Of a stretch of DNA of 64,000 bases, positions 15,201 through 30,200 are shown one piece after another. The stretch comes from Antedon mediterranea. Its lineage: Eukaryota; Animalia; Echinodermata. The DNA lies in the NCBI RefSeq assembly GCF_964355755.1, contig NC_092677.1, forward strand, positions 11,926,101-11,990,100, given 5' to 3'. Below the pieces are notes generated by a model. It was not told the DNA's origin. It saw only the letters and a list, made by a program, of their open reading frames with translations, and searched no databases. The position numbers were made by a program, and so were the translations under genes. Each line of letters begins with the position of its first letter. Position 1 is the stretch's first letter.

Positions 15201-18200
15201 ATGGGACACCCATGGAAAACAACAAGGGATTGTCCTGAATGAGGAGTTATATTATAAAGTTAGTTGTTTTAGTTGTTTGTTTGTTGGTTGTACATTAAAC
15301 AACGTGTTGGTGCGTGTCAATTGTTTGTTTTTTTTAGGTTCCACTAACTGCACAGTGAATTGTCTAATTTGGTAGTTTTTGGAAACCATCAAAACTTTGA
15401 AACACTAAAGCAATCATGGATACTACATCAAAATAATTGTTTAAAAAATAATACTAAATAGTGTTTACTCTTCAGTACCCTACCTCATTATACACATAGA
15501 CGGAAGTATTACAAATTTGTCTTCATCAGAAATTAAATTGATTTCCAGGAATACTTTGCCTTAGACAGATCAGATTACAATTAGAAGATATGCTATAAAA
15601 TTTGTTGACAACTCATTTCTTTACACCAGATATTTATAGTACTGTAGATGATTCATAATAATTCTTAGGTATCCAAAAGAGCGCACAGACTTTTAAATAA
15701 AAATTGACCAATCATAAGCGACAGTTTGAATAATCCATTGCTTTTGATTGGTCAATTCGCTTGCGTTACAGTCAGGTCTCAGTAGCATAACATATGTGGC
15801 AAAGGCAGCTGGTTTAGGGGGCCCTCCAACGTTGTTTAGTTGCATTGGACTGCTCCTGCCCCTGGGGTTATAGCCAGTCAGCACTCATGGTTGTTACGCC
15901 ACTATACAGCCTACGTCCTTGCGTAGGCCGTAGAGGGAACCAAGTTTAATATGTAAAGTTGAATAGAAAAATGTAAAAAAAATATAATTTTTAGAATGTC
16001 TATGTGTGCTGCATAACGAGTCTAATTTCTTAACAGTTTATAAATGAACATTCTTTAAACAAGGTTTCAAATGAATTTATAAACAGCAACATACAAGCAT
16101 GTTTTATAACATCAACAAAGGCCCCATGGTGAGCCTTAAACACTTATTAGAAGGAAGCAATCAATCGGTTCAAGAGTACTTAATATCAAACATCAAGATC
16201 AAGTGAAACAACAAAGGGAAAAGAAATCCTCCCATAAGATCAAACTGATATGCATCTCAACAAGTTAAAGTAGTACAGTGTATTTCTTTCATTTGATAAC
16301 TTGTACTCAATAGACTCATTGCAGCTATGCAATGCAATACATTTTTCATTTCATTTCTCTTTATTTTGGACTGCCATATCCATAGAATAAAAAAGTACAT
16401 AATATAATATACAAAAGTTTATTAAACAATCAGCAATTTACATTTAGATTGTTCCATTTTTTCTGAAATGTTGATTCAGCTAGAAAATTATCGTTTACAG
16501 AGCGCACTAGTGGTTTTAAGCAATAATTGCGTCACTGTTGCTGTAGCTGACACATCCCATCGAAAGTCTACCGCATCTAGCATGTATGACAAAACCTTTT
16601 CTTATGTTATTGTTGGTATAGTGCATGTGAGTGAGATAAATTTCTTGATTTAGCAAGATTGTCATATTTCTATCTGTATAAGAAAATTATCTATTGAAAA
16701 AAGAAAACATTACATTGTTGTCAATTCTTGAGGCCAACTCGGACAGTGTCGTACGACAAGGCCCAATAAGTCGTATCGTCGGGAGATAATTGAACATGTT
16801 TAAAGTTCTCCCGACAACCTAAAAACTACAGTCACCCAGCGCTATCTCAAGACAACTCGTCTCGTCGGGATTCAACTCAGACAGCACCAACGAGTGAAGA
16901 CATTTTTTCGTAATGCCTTGTCATATGATGCTGTCTGAGTTCTCTTTTACTAAACTCTCTCAAGCCAAGACCTTTTTGCTACCACAAAAAATATGGCTTT
17001 AGTTGTGCCAAAATATTCTTTGGTTGTGCCAAAATATTCATCATACCATAAGCTGCCTCCTTACAACTTCCAAAACGATTTAAAGTCTTGAAAACAGTTT
17101 TCTAATATTTTTGGCATCCACCCTAACTTGCCAAAATCATTTACTACTTTCTAATGATTAAATTAGTAAATGAACAGTTTCCGTAGTAAAATGCAACAAA
17201 ACCGTGTGACCAAAAAAAAATGCTATTACAATTGTTTTCAGCTTTTGTTTATTTGTGCATGAATGGCATCATCATGAAGTAAAGGTATTCGGCTTCTTTA
17301 GAGCCTTTATCAGATGTCATTCAAGTTATAATTATTATTTGATTCCTATCTAATTTTAATTTGGATTTGGATTTGGGTTTCGAAGCAGGACATTGACAAC
17401 CACTACAAAATACAAAACTGAAATAAGGTTTAACAATCTCAGGCCACTGAACATTAAACACCACTTCTTCTACCAATAGGCCTGTTTTGAAATCTCCTCT
17501 GACACCATGTAATATACAATCAACCAATCAAATAACAAGGATATAATTTGCGTTAAAGAATAATTATTTCTATTTTCAGCAATTTATTTATGCAATAGTG
17601 TCACATGAATAAAATATTCCCACAATTGTAACCACGGATGATAGATCTGGCATGAAGCTGTTGCAACCTGATTAACAGTGCTCTCCCGTCAGTAGAGCTC
17701 TGTCTACACTATCAAATTTTATGTGACAAACAAATCTGATGTGGCAATTTATGATGTCATATCACTACCATATTTGGACATATCACTATCATATTTAGGC
17801 ACATCACATTTTTTGTCAAAAACTAGTTTGATAGTGTAGACAGAGCTTAAATGACAATAAATCAAGCCTTTTGGGACAGGAAAAAGTGAATCATCATAAT
17901 TCTTTCTCCAATAAATACCTAATTTATTATAATTACGCAAAGTCATGTAGAAATAGAAGTATTATTTCCACAATACATTTCACCTACATGTTTTTGTTCA
18001 AGTAATTTGCTACCGGAAAATATTTGTCCCAAAACACTAGAAAAAAACTTTTCGTCTGCCCGAAATAAATTGAAATTATCAATCGTTTATGAAATTACTG
18101 ATCTTCCTTTTTGAAACTTTGTAAGTTAAATTAAGTGATAGACAGGTGCGGTTTCGCAGGACTTAATCCTTGCGTGGTGTCGAAACGAACTTGGCCAATA

Positions 18201-21200
18201 GAATCACTAGAGTTTAGACAATTTGTTGGTCAGCAAAAATTGCTTATCGACATTATTATTTAATAAGGTCAGTTTTAAATAACTGTACTTGCCAAGTTTT
18301 GTCTCATCTTGATAAAACAAACGATAAACAAAACACACATGATGTCATATCACTACCATATTTGGACATATCACTACCATATTTGGGCACATCACTACCA
18401 TATTTGGGCACATCACACTTTTTTTTTTCCAGGGTTTTTAAATTGAAGATTACAACAGGATTACCAAGTATGCTTAGTCATTTCGAGACAATCACGATGA
18501 CATTCTCTGGTTGGAAGCTGGTTTGAGGACAGCAGCAGGGCGCCAGACTTGTGATTCCTCAGGGTGTCTAGGAGCAGGTTACTTGAACCAAACCTGTATC
18601 CAGGGTGTCTGTGAGGGTCACAAAGTCATCAGAAAACACTATTGCCACTGTTACCATTTCATATAGCCTCAAGTTTATTCATAAATTTTGTTGATAGTTT
18701 TTGCAATAATATCTTCAGCCCCGTCAAAGAAAAACAATTCATATTTTGATTCAAAGACTTTAGTTTAATACTCAAGATAAAAATCTTTACAACAGTAAGG
18801 AAAATCCCTGTGGTTGGTTAGTATTGTTTCTTTTGAAATCTAAAAGACCTAGTTTCAAATCTTAGGACAGTCACAAGGCATATAAAATTATGAGAGATGA
18901 AACAAGAGTAACTTTGTGGTTGCATGGTTGCTTACAAATTCCAAAGCACTAGGTTCAAATCATGGGACTGAAAAAAATCATTTGAGTAAAATTTAACAGA
19001 ATAATACTTCGTTAGCTCTGTCTAAACTATCCAATGAGTGTGATGTGCACAAATATGGTAGTGATATGACATCATCATGTCCATATATGAACACATCACA
19101 TTTCTTTGTCACATACAGTTTGATAGTGTAGACAGTACTTAAATACCAAAATTAAACTTCCAACCATCGTTTAACAGAGATTCGTAAACAAATAATAGCT
19201 AAGAATAGTCATAATGCTATTCCTTTGTCTTCATGCTGTCTACCTGACAATTTATTTTATCACATTTGACAGATAATGAAATTAAACATAGTTGTTTTGA
19301 AAGACATCTGCTTGGAAAATTATCAACAGATCACTTTCAATTTAAGATTTTGTTTAATTTGGATTCTACAATTGGAAAATATTAGTGGACTATACAAATA
19401 CCAGTTGGACTTCTCCTCAAGAATGAGGTGGAAAAAAACCACAAAATTCTTTTGGATTGTAATGAACATGACATAATATGCTGCAAAGACTTCTATGGAT
19501 ATTGGGTTACTTTAAAGAAATGTAGTTAAATTATTACTCAGTGCGCCGGATATTAACATAGAATTGGTTGATAACAGAAATAAATTCTTCTAAATGAGGT
19601 ACAGTACAAGTGGGAGGGAGGGGGTAGGAATCGACCTGATGAGTGCAGGCTGGTGTTTAACTTGCAAAGAAGAGTTTACACTGCTTTTATTAGGTGCATA
19701 GATGAATCGGAGTTTATTGTTATTTAGAAAAGTTAGCAATCAGTATCTGTGACAAGAATCGTTGACGGTCACAAGTACATGTATACATTTCTTTTGAAAA
19801 AAATAAGATGTATGGTGGAGGGTTACCAACTCTGCTTGGGAACCTGGGGAACTACTTCCGTATCAAATATATTGATAAGGGAAGGAATGTAGAAGAAACA
19901 TTGACTAAGATTTATACATCTAACTCGCATTTATATTAAGTAAGTCAACATACAGTACATATGAGTATTCCATTCTTCAACTTACACCTCAAAACAATGT
20001 CAGGTGATAGGCCTACACGGTAATGTCATTCACAACTGCAATTTAATTAGACTATTAACGACATGAATAACAAACTATCATAAACAATGTATCAGAAATC
20101 ATTCCAACCTTTCAACAATGTGGCATGTGAAAATTGTGACAAACAGTATGTTGTCACTTTGTTGCTTAGTAACTTGTCAAAAATATGTAATATTATCCCA
20201 TCATCATTCATAATGTCACATTTAATCCCTCCTAAGGGACAGTAATGGTTAAAACACAAGAGTAAAGGTAAAACAATGTATTATTCGGAAAAAATTTTAG
20301 GAACTAAAAATCAAACATTTTTTTTTTTGACAGAGGTGAAGTACATCAGGAATTGGTGAAATAGCATTTAACAAATAAAGGACATACAGCTGATTATGGC
20401 CTCTCTTCTACAAATTAAAAAGTGTCTAATAGAAATGATACTAATTTGTCCTAATTCCTTTTCATGAAAAATATATAATACCCATAATAAATACCACCCA
20501 TAATCTTCGAAATATTTGTAGCGTAAAACAACCATACTCTAGGTTAACGTCTGGTCAACATTTTATCAGTATACACGGACCGAAACTATGGAACAAGCTC
20601 TGTAGAAATCACTTAGATATTGTTAACAAAAATTATAAAATACTAAAAAAATATGTAAAAAGAGACATTTTATCGAATTACAGAACTTAAAATGCTTCAC
20701 TCATAAAATATATATGCATATATTATGCGTTGTGTTGGTGTGTGCGAGTATACACACATAGCCTGTTTTATATTATATGTATTCATACTTTTGCTATAAT
20801 GATAGAAAGAATCCACATGTACTGGAAGTAATAAACTGAATATCTTCTTTTTTAAGAAAAAATGTATAAATAATCATGTTAGAAAAACACTATCGCTTTT
20901 TGATGATGAACAACTCTAAAATGTATATAGGAAATGTTTTTTTTTAAATTTTGTATCTATTATGTTGTGTTTATTGTTTTATGTTTTTTATGTAAAAGGA
21001 TCCTGCGAAAACAGAAGTGTAAACTTCTCTATGCAGGATCCTTGCCATCATTTATGCTATGAAACTGTATTTATAAACGATGAGTAAATAAATGTGAATT
21101 GAATGAATATCTCATTCTGCAGAAAGTGTCTACCCCTACATATCTATATATAAATTAATAGAAATAATAGCCACCTCAGAGGGGGAAACACAAACACGTC

Positions 21201-24200
21201 CAAATTCATTTTCATAAAAAAAATTAATATCTCATTCTACAGAAAGAGCCTACCCGTAACATATCTATATAAATTACTAGAAATAATACCCATCTCAGAG
21301 GGAGAACACAAATATGTCGTAATTCATTTTCATTTTTAAAATATCATTATTTGTAATGCACTGTGTCTCATGGTTAATATTGTAACTCCTAAAGAACTAT
21401 CTATGATCCTCACATTAACATCTTTTAAGAACATGGTAATTCATGTCCAGACACCATCCTCTTTATTGGACATTTCATAAAAACATCTTTAAAACATGGA
21501 AATGACATTACTTTTTTCATGGAATACTAATTTAATTTTAGTAGATAAATCAAGTTTTCAAAAATATTTTTCAATTTAAAAAAAAAAACGATTCAAATTA
21601 GTACACACCCAGCAACATAACAGAAAAACTACAAAATATTAATTTAATTTTAGTAGATAAATCAAATTTTCATAAATATTTTTCAATTTTAAAAAATTGC
21701 ATAACAGAATAACTACATTGCCTTGTAAATGCCTTATAAACATGTGCCGCTGATACAAAAGCGTTTGTTCAATAAATTTACTTTACTTTACAGGAAACTA
21801 CAACCATATTATTCTGAATATAAACAAAGAGAGTAAAAATTGCAACTAAACTAGTAATATAAGGTTGGCAGTACACTACATGTTTCCAAAAAGGAAATAA
21901 AGTGAAGATGAGAAAGTCTTGAAGTTTAAAGCTCCGTTCACACTATCAAACTAGTTTAACAAAAAAGTGTGGTGATGCCCAAATATGGTAGTGATATTAT
22001 ATCATCATGTCCATATATCACATTGTTTGTCACATAAAGTTTGATAGTGTAGACAGTGCTTTAGAGCATCTTTTTAAAACATTTAAAGCATACATAATAA
22101 TACAAAGAATAAAGATCGGCTTCTTGGTATACAGATGCCCTGCAATTAGACCAGCTTTTATGTATTAACCATGGAGAAATAATTTGTTCATGTTTAAACA
22201 TAAACACTAAAAAAACAAAGTTAACAATTTAAATACTGATTATTTTAGGAACAAATTGTTTAATCAACTAACTTCAAAATATGTTATAGGATTAAGGCAT
22301 GAATTACTGACTAACAGACCAATATTAACTGTAAGTCAAGTAAATATTGTGTGCTCTATTCAATCGTTAGTGTCTTTATCTTTGTGACAATCTGAACTTT
22401 TAATTATTAGGCTTTCCTGAAATCACAGTTAATTAAATAATGAGTCATTTCTAGACACGGTAACCCTTGATTAACAAGATAAAACTACAGTTAATTGTAA
22501 TGTTTTTCTAAAATTTTAAATACTTCTATGTTATAAAATGATGCAATTACAAATAAATAAAATAATCAAAAGTTAGTTAACATGGTCCTTACAGCTATAA
22601 AAATGACAAAATGTGGTTTAAAATACTTTTTAAAATTAGGATGTTATGAAAGTAAACCTGTTTTTTAAAGTCTATATTGCTAAATGTTTGGTTTTTTCTA
22701 ATCAACATTAAAGATATGTAAGTAAATCTTTTTTTATGTTGCTAAATGTTTGAAGCTTTCAACATTAAAGATATGTACAGCTGGGAAAAATGGAATAAAC
22801 GATAGGTAGCTTCAAGCCAAATGTTATCAATTACTAGTGTGACACTTCCTAAATTTGCCAGTCAGTATGGGACCAATTGGGAAAAAAACCAGTGTGTCCT
22901 CATTTGGCCTTAGAGAACATTGTCAACTAAATTGGAAACATGTACGTCAGTCAGTTACAGGTTGCAATACTCAATATATTCTCAACAGATTCATACCATG
23001 TCAAATAACGCAATGTACAGGCTTGTTAAACATGGCAAATTAACGCCAGACAGACAACAATCATGTCACAAATTAGCCAATTTTGTCGTGTCTTTGTATT
23101 TGTGATGACAAAGGATTGAACGTATTAAAAAACAATGATATTCATTATTATTGACCCAATACTAGGTCATGTGATAAGTATTAATTTTTGACAATTTTAT
23201 GATTGTCACGCGTCCACATGATTTCTATGCTAATCTCACTCAGCGGTAAGCAGTCTGTCTTTGAAATGTTATTAAGTGTGAAACTGATGTTATTAAAGTA
23301 TTAGGTTCTACATTGCGAATATGTGCCAAGTTTGAAATGTACTATTACATGCAATGAAACACAAAATGAGTCGGCAATACCAGGCAAAAGTTTTTAAAAT
23401 AGTGGGAAAAAATGTTCCATACACTAACAACATTTAAAATGTCTCTATTTTGGTCCATGGTCTGTGACTACCATTTTATAGGCCCTAAAATATATTTCTA
23501 CACCATATAAAGCTCTGTCTACACAATCTGGTTTGACCAAAAAAGTGTGATGTGCCCAAATATGGTAGTGATATGCTTAAATATGGTAGTGATATGTCAA
23601 TATTGACACATCACATTTTTTGTCACATAAAGTTCGATAGTGTAGAAAGAGCTTTAAATTTGTTAAAAATAAATTTCAAAAAGTAATTGAAAAGCATAAC
23701 ATGTGCTTTGTTATCCTTGAAAATATAACAACATTAGTAATGCTTTCTAGAAAAATCATTGACTCATATAATTCACATGGTCATATGATAGCGTGCTTGT
23801 ATCCGGATGGCTGAATCAACCAGTGGTTTTTCCCAAACTTAGTGGCTACTTTATTTTGACATATATATATATTTTTTTTTCATATCCATCCAACTGCAAG
23901 TAACTTGCAATTTCCAGGATGGATAAACTATTTTATAATTCATCGGGCTAAAAACTAAATCTCATTTGAGGCTTAGGGAATGGAATTGAAAGAGTCGTGA
24001 TTTACAACCCTGGCCCTAGGTCAGGATTGAACCCTGGACCTTGGGATTGGAAGGCAAGCACGTCAACCTCAAAAAAATTAAAAATTAAACAATATTACTC
24101 AAAAGCTTTATAGATAATTTAAATGCCATGGGCTACATATTCCAAAATAATGCCTTAATCTTCAAAAATAGGTTGTCCCTATGTTAAACTAAAATTTGAT

Positions 24201-27200
24201 AAAGAGCAAAGAGTACCTAATTAATATTGCAATATATGAAATTGAAAATTTCAATTGCTGTATTTTTAGTTTACATATGGTACAAATTAACACTTATAAT
24301 ATATATATCGAAGCATTGCAAATTATTTATTAAATAATTACACTGAAGTACAAACTACCACAATCGCCCTGATCCTTAATTTCCTCGTGGATATTTACGA
24401 CGGACGGGAGAGTAACGGGAGTGCAACTGTACCATGAACTAGAATTCACCTGACTGTACTACGGCTTCAGCCTTGCCCCTTCGAGGATTAAGATTGAGGA
24501 CGTACCAATTTCCCGTACATGTACAACACCTAAGGGATTTTGCTTTGCTTACTGATAATTGAATACACAAAATGTAGTATCTTATTTTAATAGTAAAATG
24601 GGTTTAAATAAATACAGATTATTCATAATTTCTATTTGAACTGGTTCAATGGCTGAATAAATTAATTGAGTATTTAAAAAGAAATTATGCATTTTTTAAG
24701 CTTTTAATATATAATTACCATAATAAATTGGGTATAGGCAATTCCCATCTACACATTCTGAACACTAATAGAGTAAAATCTGAATCAATTTAACAAATTA
24801 AAAGATATATTTTCTACCTGAAAACAGTAATTTTATTATTTTGTTTATTTTTTGAGTGAAAGTTTTATAAAAACTATAAATATGGTTTATTCAAATTTTT
24901 ATTTTACTCATCTTTATTTCAATAAATCTTTAAATAAAATGTTGGGATGTTGCAATTGATCATATTAACTATAAACTATAAATAATAATAATACTAAGTT
25001 CCAATTTCCTTGGCTATTCCTATTCAACATATTCAGTTGACAGGCCTGCATGCCATGTTTGTGAGGATTTTGAACAATTTAGGTCGGGTATACGATTGTA
25101 AGTCCCAAAGCCTAGTTTCCAGCCGATATTCAGGACACAGTCATCTTGTAATTCTTAAGTTTTGTAATACCAGGCAAACATGTATAAGAAAGATTAGTTA
25201 GAGTACATTAATATGTAATTATCAGTGCTTAACTACGTCTTAAATGTAGGATGCTGGGCCTTCAACTCAGGTCTCCATGCTGTGAACAAATAATCTGGTG
25301 AATTTTCTACTTATTAAAGGAGGACATAAATGGTCAATTACATTAATCATTTCCTAAAATGATTAATTGGTTTATTAATTAACCAGTTTATCACTGCTAA
25401 TACATTTTAGATAAGAAAACGATAAAAATACCTTATAATTAGTAGGGACCAACAACCGGATCTTCTGGGTATACATAAAGTCAAACTACCTTGGCCTATG
25501 TTAGTGTGAGTAATGCCTAATTTGTAAATAAACCTACAATGAAGAGTATGACATAGGCCATCTAAACAAAAAGTTGCTATTAAACCATAGAGATATTATA
25601 TTGTTTGAAGGTTTACATGGCGAAATAAAGTTTGCAATACACCACGTAAATTAGTTCTGAAAAGAACTGTTGAGTTTCTCAAGATATTATAGTTCACTAT
25701 AAAATCTCTATGGTTAATCATATTGGCTTTCATTCTTTGTACAAAAATAGGGTACAGCCATCTCTGCAAATATTGGATACCTTTGGGCTGGCCTAATATT
25801 TCTGATTTTCTGGAAAGTCTGGCATTCCAAATGTGTTTTAATGAGAAAAAGAAAAAGTATGGAGAGTTTATGTTTTCAGTGAGTCAACTGTACTACATGC
25901 ACATTTTTCACGCTGCTGCTCTAGGCCGCTACGCCCCATTAGGACTACTCAATCAGAAGCTAAAGCAAGCAGCAGTTATAGTTCTAAGGACGACAGTTTT
26001 GCGAAAATGGAAACTCCACTATAATTTATTGATTCCAGCTGCTACAGTAGACCCAAAAAACGTCTGGGAAAAGAGTCTATTAGGACATGTCATGCTAAAA
26101 TTAGTAAAAGTGACAGAAATTGAGTATTCACTTCTGTAACAAAAAAATAATATTTATTCACATATAAAAAGAGAAAAGAAACCCAAAAACCATTGTCTGA
26201 CAGACAATTTAAGTATTTGTTGCTTTAAATTACATTTTTTCAGGTAAAATAACTATTATGTGACAATAAAATGACACATTCAATAACATTTGAAATAAAA
26301 AAATATTTTTCAATAAGCGAGCAGCGTTTTTTGTAAGAAATATTTCTTGTTTATCTTATTCTTCAGAGTGAGAATAACATTATCAAACTTACCAACACAC
26401 TGGATACCATTCGACGTTGACCTGATGACCGTACCTGGTGGGCAGTTTACAACTGGCCTAGGATTATTAATACATGTTGAACACCCTGAGAAAAAATATA
26501 TACCAATAATGAATTACTGAGGAGAATGTTTTCATGAGTTGGAAGATTTGTACAAAATTCTCAAAAAGCTGAACTTGAAATAGAACAATTTGTGTGCAGT
26601 AGAACTAATACTTAACAGCATGTGATACTCAAATTAAACCAACCACAAACTAAGAATACATGCAGGTGTGTTTTAATAGTTTATTCCAATTATTTAACAA
26701 ATTAAATTATTCAGAATTTAATTCCGATTCCCATAAAACTGCTCAAAAGAAAACTTACTTGTGTAAGACCTATAAAAGGGTGAGATACCACGTGTGGATG
26801 TTGCGTAACCGTTCGGTACGTATCTAGTAGCAGATCCCAATTGCCCGCCGCTCTGTGCAGCTGTATCTGAATTCAATGGGCTACCTAGTGCGTGCATCGG
26901 AAGACATGTCCTTAAATTATTCTGCAACGCATAACCACGCCGACATGTGCATTCATAACTCCCTTCTTTGTTGCTACAGAAGTGATGGCATAACCCTGCT
27001 TGTATGCACTCATCAACGTCTTACAAAAAAAAAAATACATGGACTTAACTTGAGTACTACCAAGTGAAAATACTAATATTGTGGAACATCAACAATGTTT
27101 TATACTGGATACAGGGTGGTACGGAATATCTGGGAAAGCACCAAGGTTAGAAGATTGTTGTGTAGTCAGAAATAAGTGAATCTGGGATTTTATTCAAGAT

Positions 27201-30200
27201 AATAAGGAGTGTAAAAGTGAAAAATTCAGTTCTTTTACAATATGATATAAAACCTTTTTACACTTAAAATTTTAAAACTTAATCAAAATCATTGACTTAA
27301 AACAACACATAAATAAATCTGACTTTTAAGGATTGTGAATCCAGGTTTTAGATATGCAATTGTGAAAATGGTGTCGAAATCAAAATACTACTGTACACTA
27401 CCTTGACATGACCTCATATCCGATCTCAATTCATAACCGGGAGGACACGCACATCTTGCTATACCGGCAACACGCTCACATCGATAGTGGCATCGTAGAC
27501 TAGTACATGATGTATATGATGGTTGGTTAACAGGTTTGGTGCTGGTGCGTCCCTGAGAAGCCTGGTTATAGTTATCTTGTAACTGTTGCCTTTCTTCTGT
27601 TGCTGTTCGCTGGTGAACAATTCCTGAAAATTAAATTTATAAAAAGCTTACTAATTTTATTATTGTTATTCAGCTATCTGCGGACAAGTTGTACTGGGCA
27701 ATACAATTGCTAACTCTTCCTCTCTCTCAACTTTTCGTAAAAAACTTAAAAATCATTTATTATCATTGTACTCAAACTAGACCTTCAAACTTTTTTTGTC
27801 ATGACCTTATTTATTTTATATATATAATTATATACAAATGTAATTTTTTTTTTTATTTTACATACATCCAACAGCGATATCGCCAATTACAGGATGTCTT
27901 AAAGAGTATCGTTTATGGGTCTTGCATGACAAGAAATCTCTTCTTGCAAGATCCTCTATTAATGGTATTTTTGTATTGTCTCATTATAAATTACCACTCT
28001 TTTTATTGTATTGCATTTACCATTGATAGAAACTAATTTAATGTTGAGTTATTATTATTAGGGTTTCCTGTAAATACTACAGAAAGAGGATTTTGCTTGT
28101 TTGCCCACTTTACTACTCCCAGAACTTCACTGAAAGTTTGCCGTCTAAACGCCCCTCTCTACTCCCAAAACTCCCAAAAACAGTTTAAATCAGCGGCTGT
28201 CAACAAAAAGTTAACATTACTAAAATGCAAAAAAAAAATGTTGTTTATAAATCGGTTTTAAATTTGTTTTTTTGCTGCAAAGAATTTGCTCCCGTTTCTG
28301 CTTCAAAAAAATTGGGAGTAATTTATTGACATTATTAAAGATATGTATTGTCCCCCAAAAACATGAAAAGTAAAGATTAATTAAATCAGACTTTGAATAT
28401 GTTATTTTGTATTTTCAATAAATCACTTTCATAGAAAAAAATAATGTTTTCACTTATAAAATGAGAAAATAAATGGTTAAATTCAACTAAAATCAACCAA
28501 TTTTACTATTTTTTTTTTTAAATTACAGTTTTTTAGGTAAATACATTTTTTTTCCAATCCAAAGTGGATATAACTATTAGGTGATATTAAAATGGCATAT
28601 TAAAAAAAAAATTTTAAGAATTATTTTTTCAGGGGGACAATACATCTTTAACTGTCATTTTCTTGTAACATGAACAGGCCTTAATACACTTTAGTAGAAG
28701 ATATAACGCAGGAAACAAGCATTACCCCAGCAATATTCAACTTAATGCTTCACTAATCCTTAATTTAACAGCTTACCTGTTCGACCTTCTTGAAGAGCCC
28801 CTGAGTACTTGGGTACTGAACTTGTACATGACATACCAGAGCTGGTTTGAACGCATGTTGTACACCGATTTGGTGCAGTACAAGAACCACTACCACAACT
28901 TCCACGACACACAGCTTTAATAAAAAAGAATTGAAATCTCTATATGATGAATATTGATATACAGTAGAACCACTCGTTAGGGACGCTCCTACTCAGGGAA
29001 CAACTCTATTAGGACAATATCCAATAAATAGAGTGGCACCCCTATTCAGGAGACACGTCCCCTATTAAGAGGACATTTTGGCTCTGAAGGCGTCCCCTCA
29101 ATGGAGGTTCTACTGTATACTTTAAATTTTGTGTCCTTCTACATTTACTAACTTTTATTCCATAATCTCTCCACACCCACCCTCATCCCAACTCTCCTGG
29201 TACAGGAAAGCTTTCTAAAATGCACAATTGCGGTCATTTTTTTAAGTAGAATGCACTTATGCTGGAGAAACTTAAATAAGCCCAGAGTGCTTTAAGGCTA
29301 GTTCCACCAGAAAAAAGGAATTTAAAAAGTATATATATTAAATGTTTCAAATGTAGTCAATAAATTATTAAATAAAAAAAGAATAAATACATAACGGGAA
29401 AAAGAAAAAGAAACAAAATAAAAGCACAACAAGACAAAGGACAAAAATACAAGACAAAACAGGGACAGAAGGGACGAAGACTACATTAGATCCAAGATGG
29501 TGGATTTGGAGACGGATTATACATTTTAAAATTGTTTTTGTATTCTGATTTGTTTCATTCACGGTAATAGGTAGAGTATCATTCAACTGATACTAAGTAT
29601 CCGTCAATGACAGCCATGTGTTTTCAGAAGAAGATGGCTACAAGAACAGTCAGTACTTTTAGAATAACACAATTACATCTTGATATGCATTTTGTCTTAT
29701 TCTACCTAACGTTCTACTGTTCCAGACCACTACCCTAGTTCCCATGGAGTTCAAACGACATCTTTAACAACGTTGAGGATACTTTCCAACATTAAAAGGT
29801 AAATTTTAGGTGTTAAAAATGCAGCAAAGTTATTAAAGATGGTATCAGTATATTTATCGATACATAATATAAAATTGTGAACGTCAAGAAGCCTATATGG
29901 CAGGATGTTCGCAGGGTCTATGTCCGTAACGATCATCTAATAGGAAGTGCATAATTGTTGTATTGACACTAATACAGTAAGTTGGTTGTGTCAGAAATTG
30001 ATATCCAGTTTTTAACATAAAATAGATTCCCTTGTGGTAATTTTCAAAACAAGTACTGAAAATCACAACGATCAATGGATCCAGGATTATGAAATAGGGG
30101 GTCTCAGGGCCTAAAAATGGCAAATTGTAGGTGCTTAACTGAAATTAATATCATCTTTTGCATTACAATTACCAAAATTTGAAAGCTCCGCCTATGTTGA

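Noticed and set aside
19637-19675. Hammerhead-like CTGATGA-stem motif (also at 4421)
   Set aside because: No proper GAAA core or stems I and III.
370-22780. Short local tandem duplications (370-700, 8895-9310, 13365-13755, 21105-21335, 21527-21720, 22660-22780)
   Set aside because: Ordinary decayed AT-rich intronic duplications with no sign of function.
29370-30000. Possible LINE 3' remnant on the minus strand
   Set aside because: Only compositional hints (T-rich tail, HFLL motif); no RT or endonuclease motif readable.
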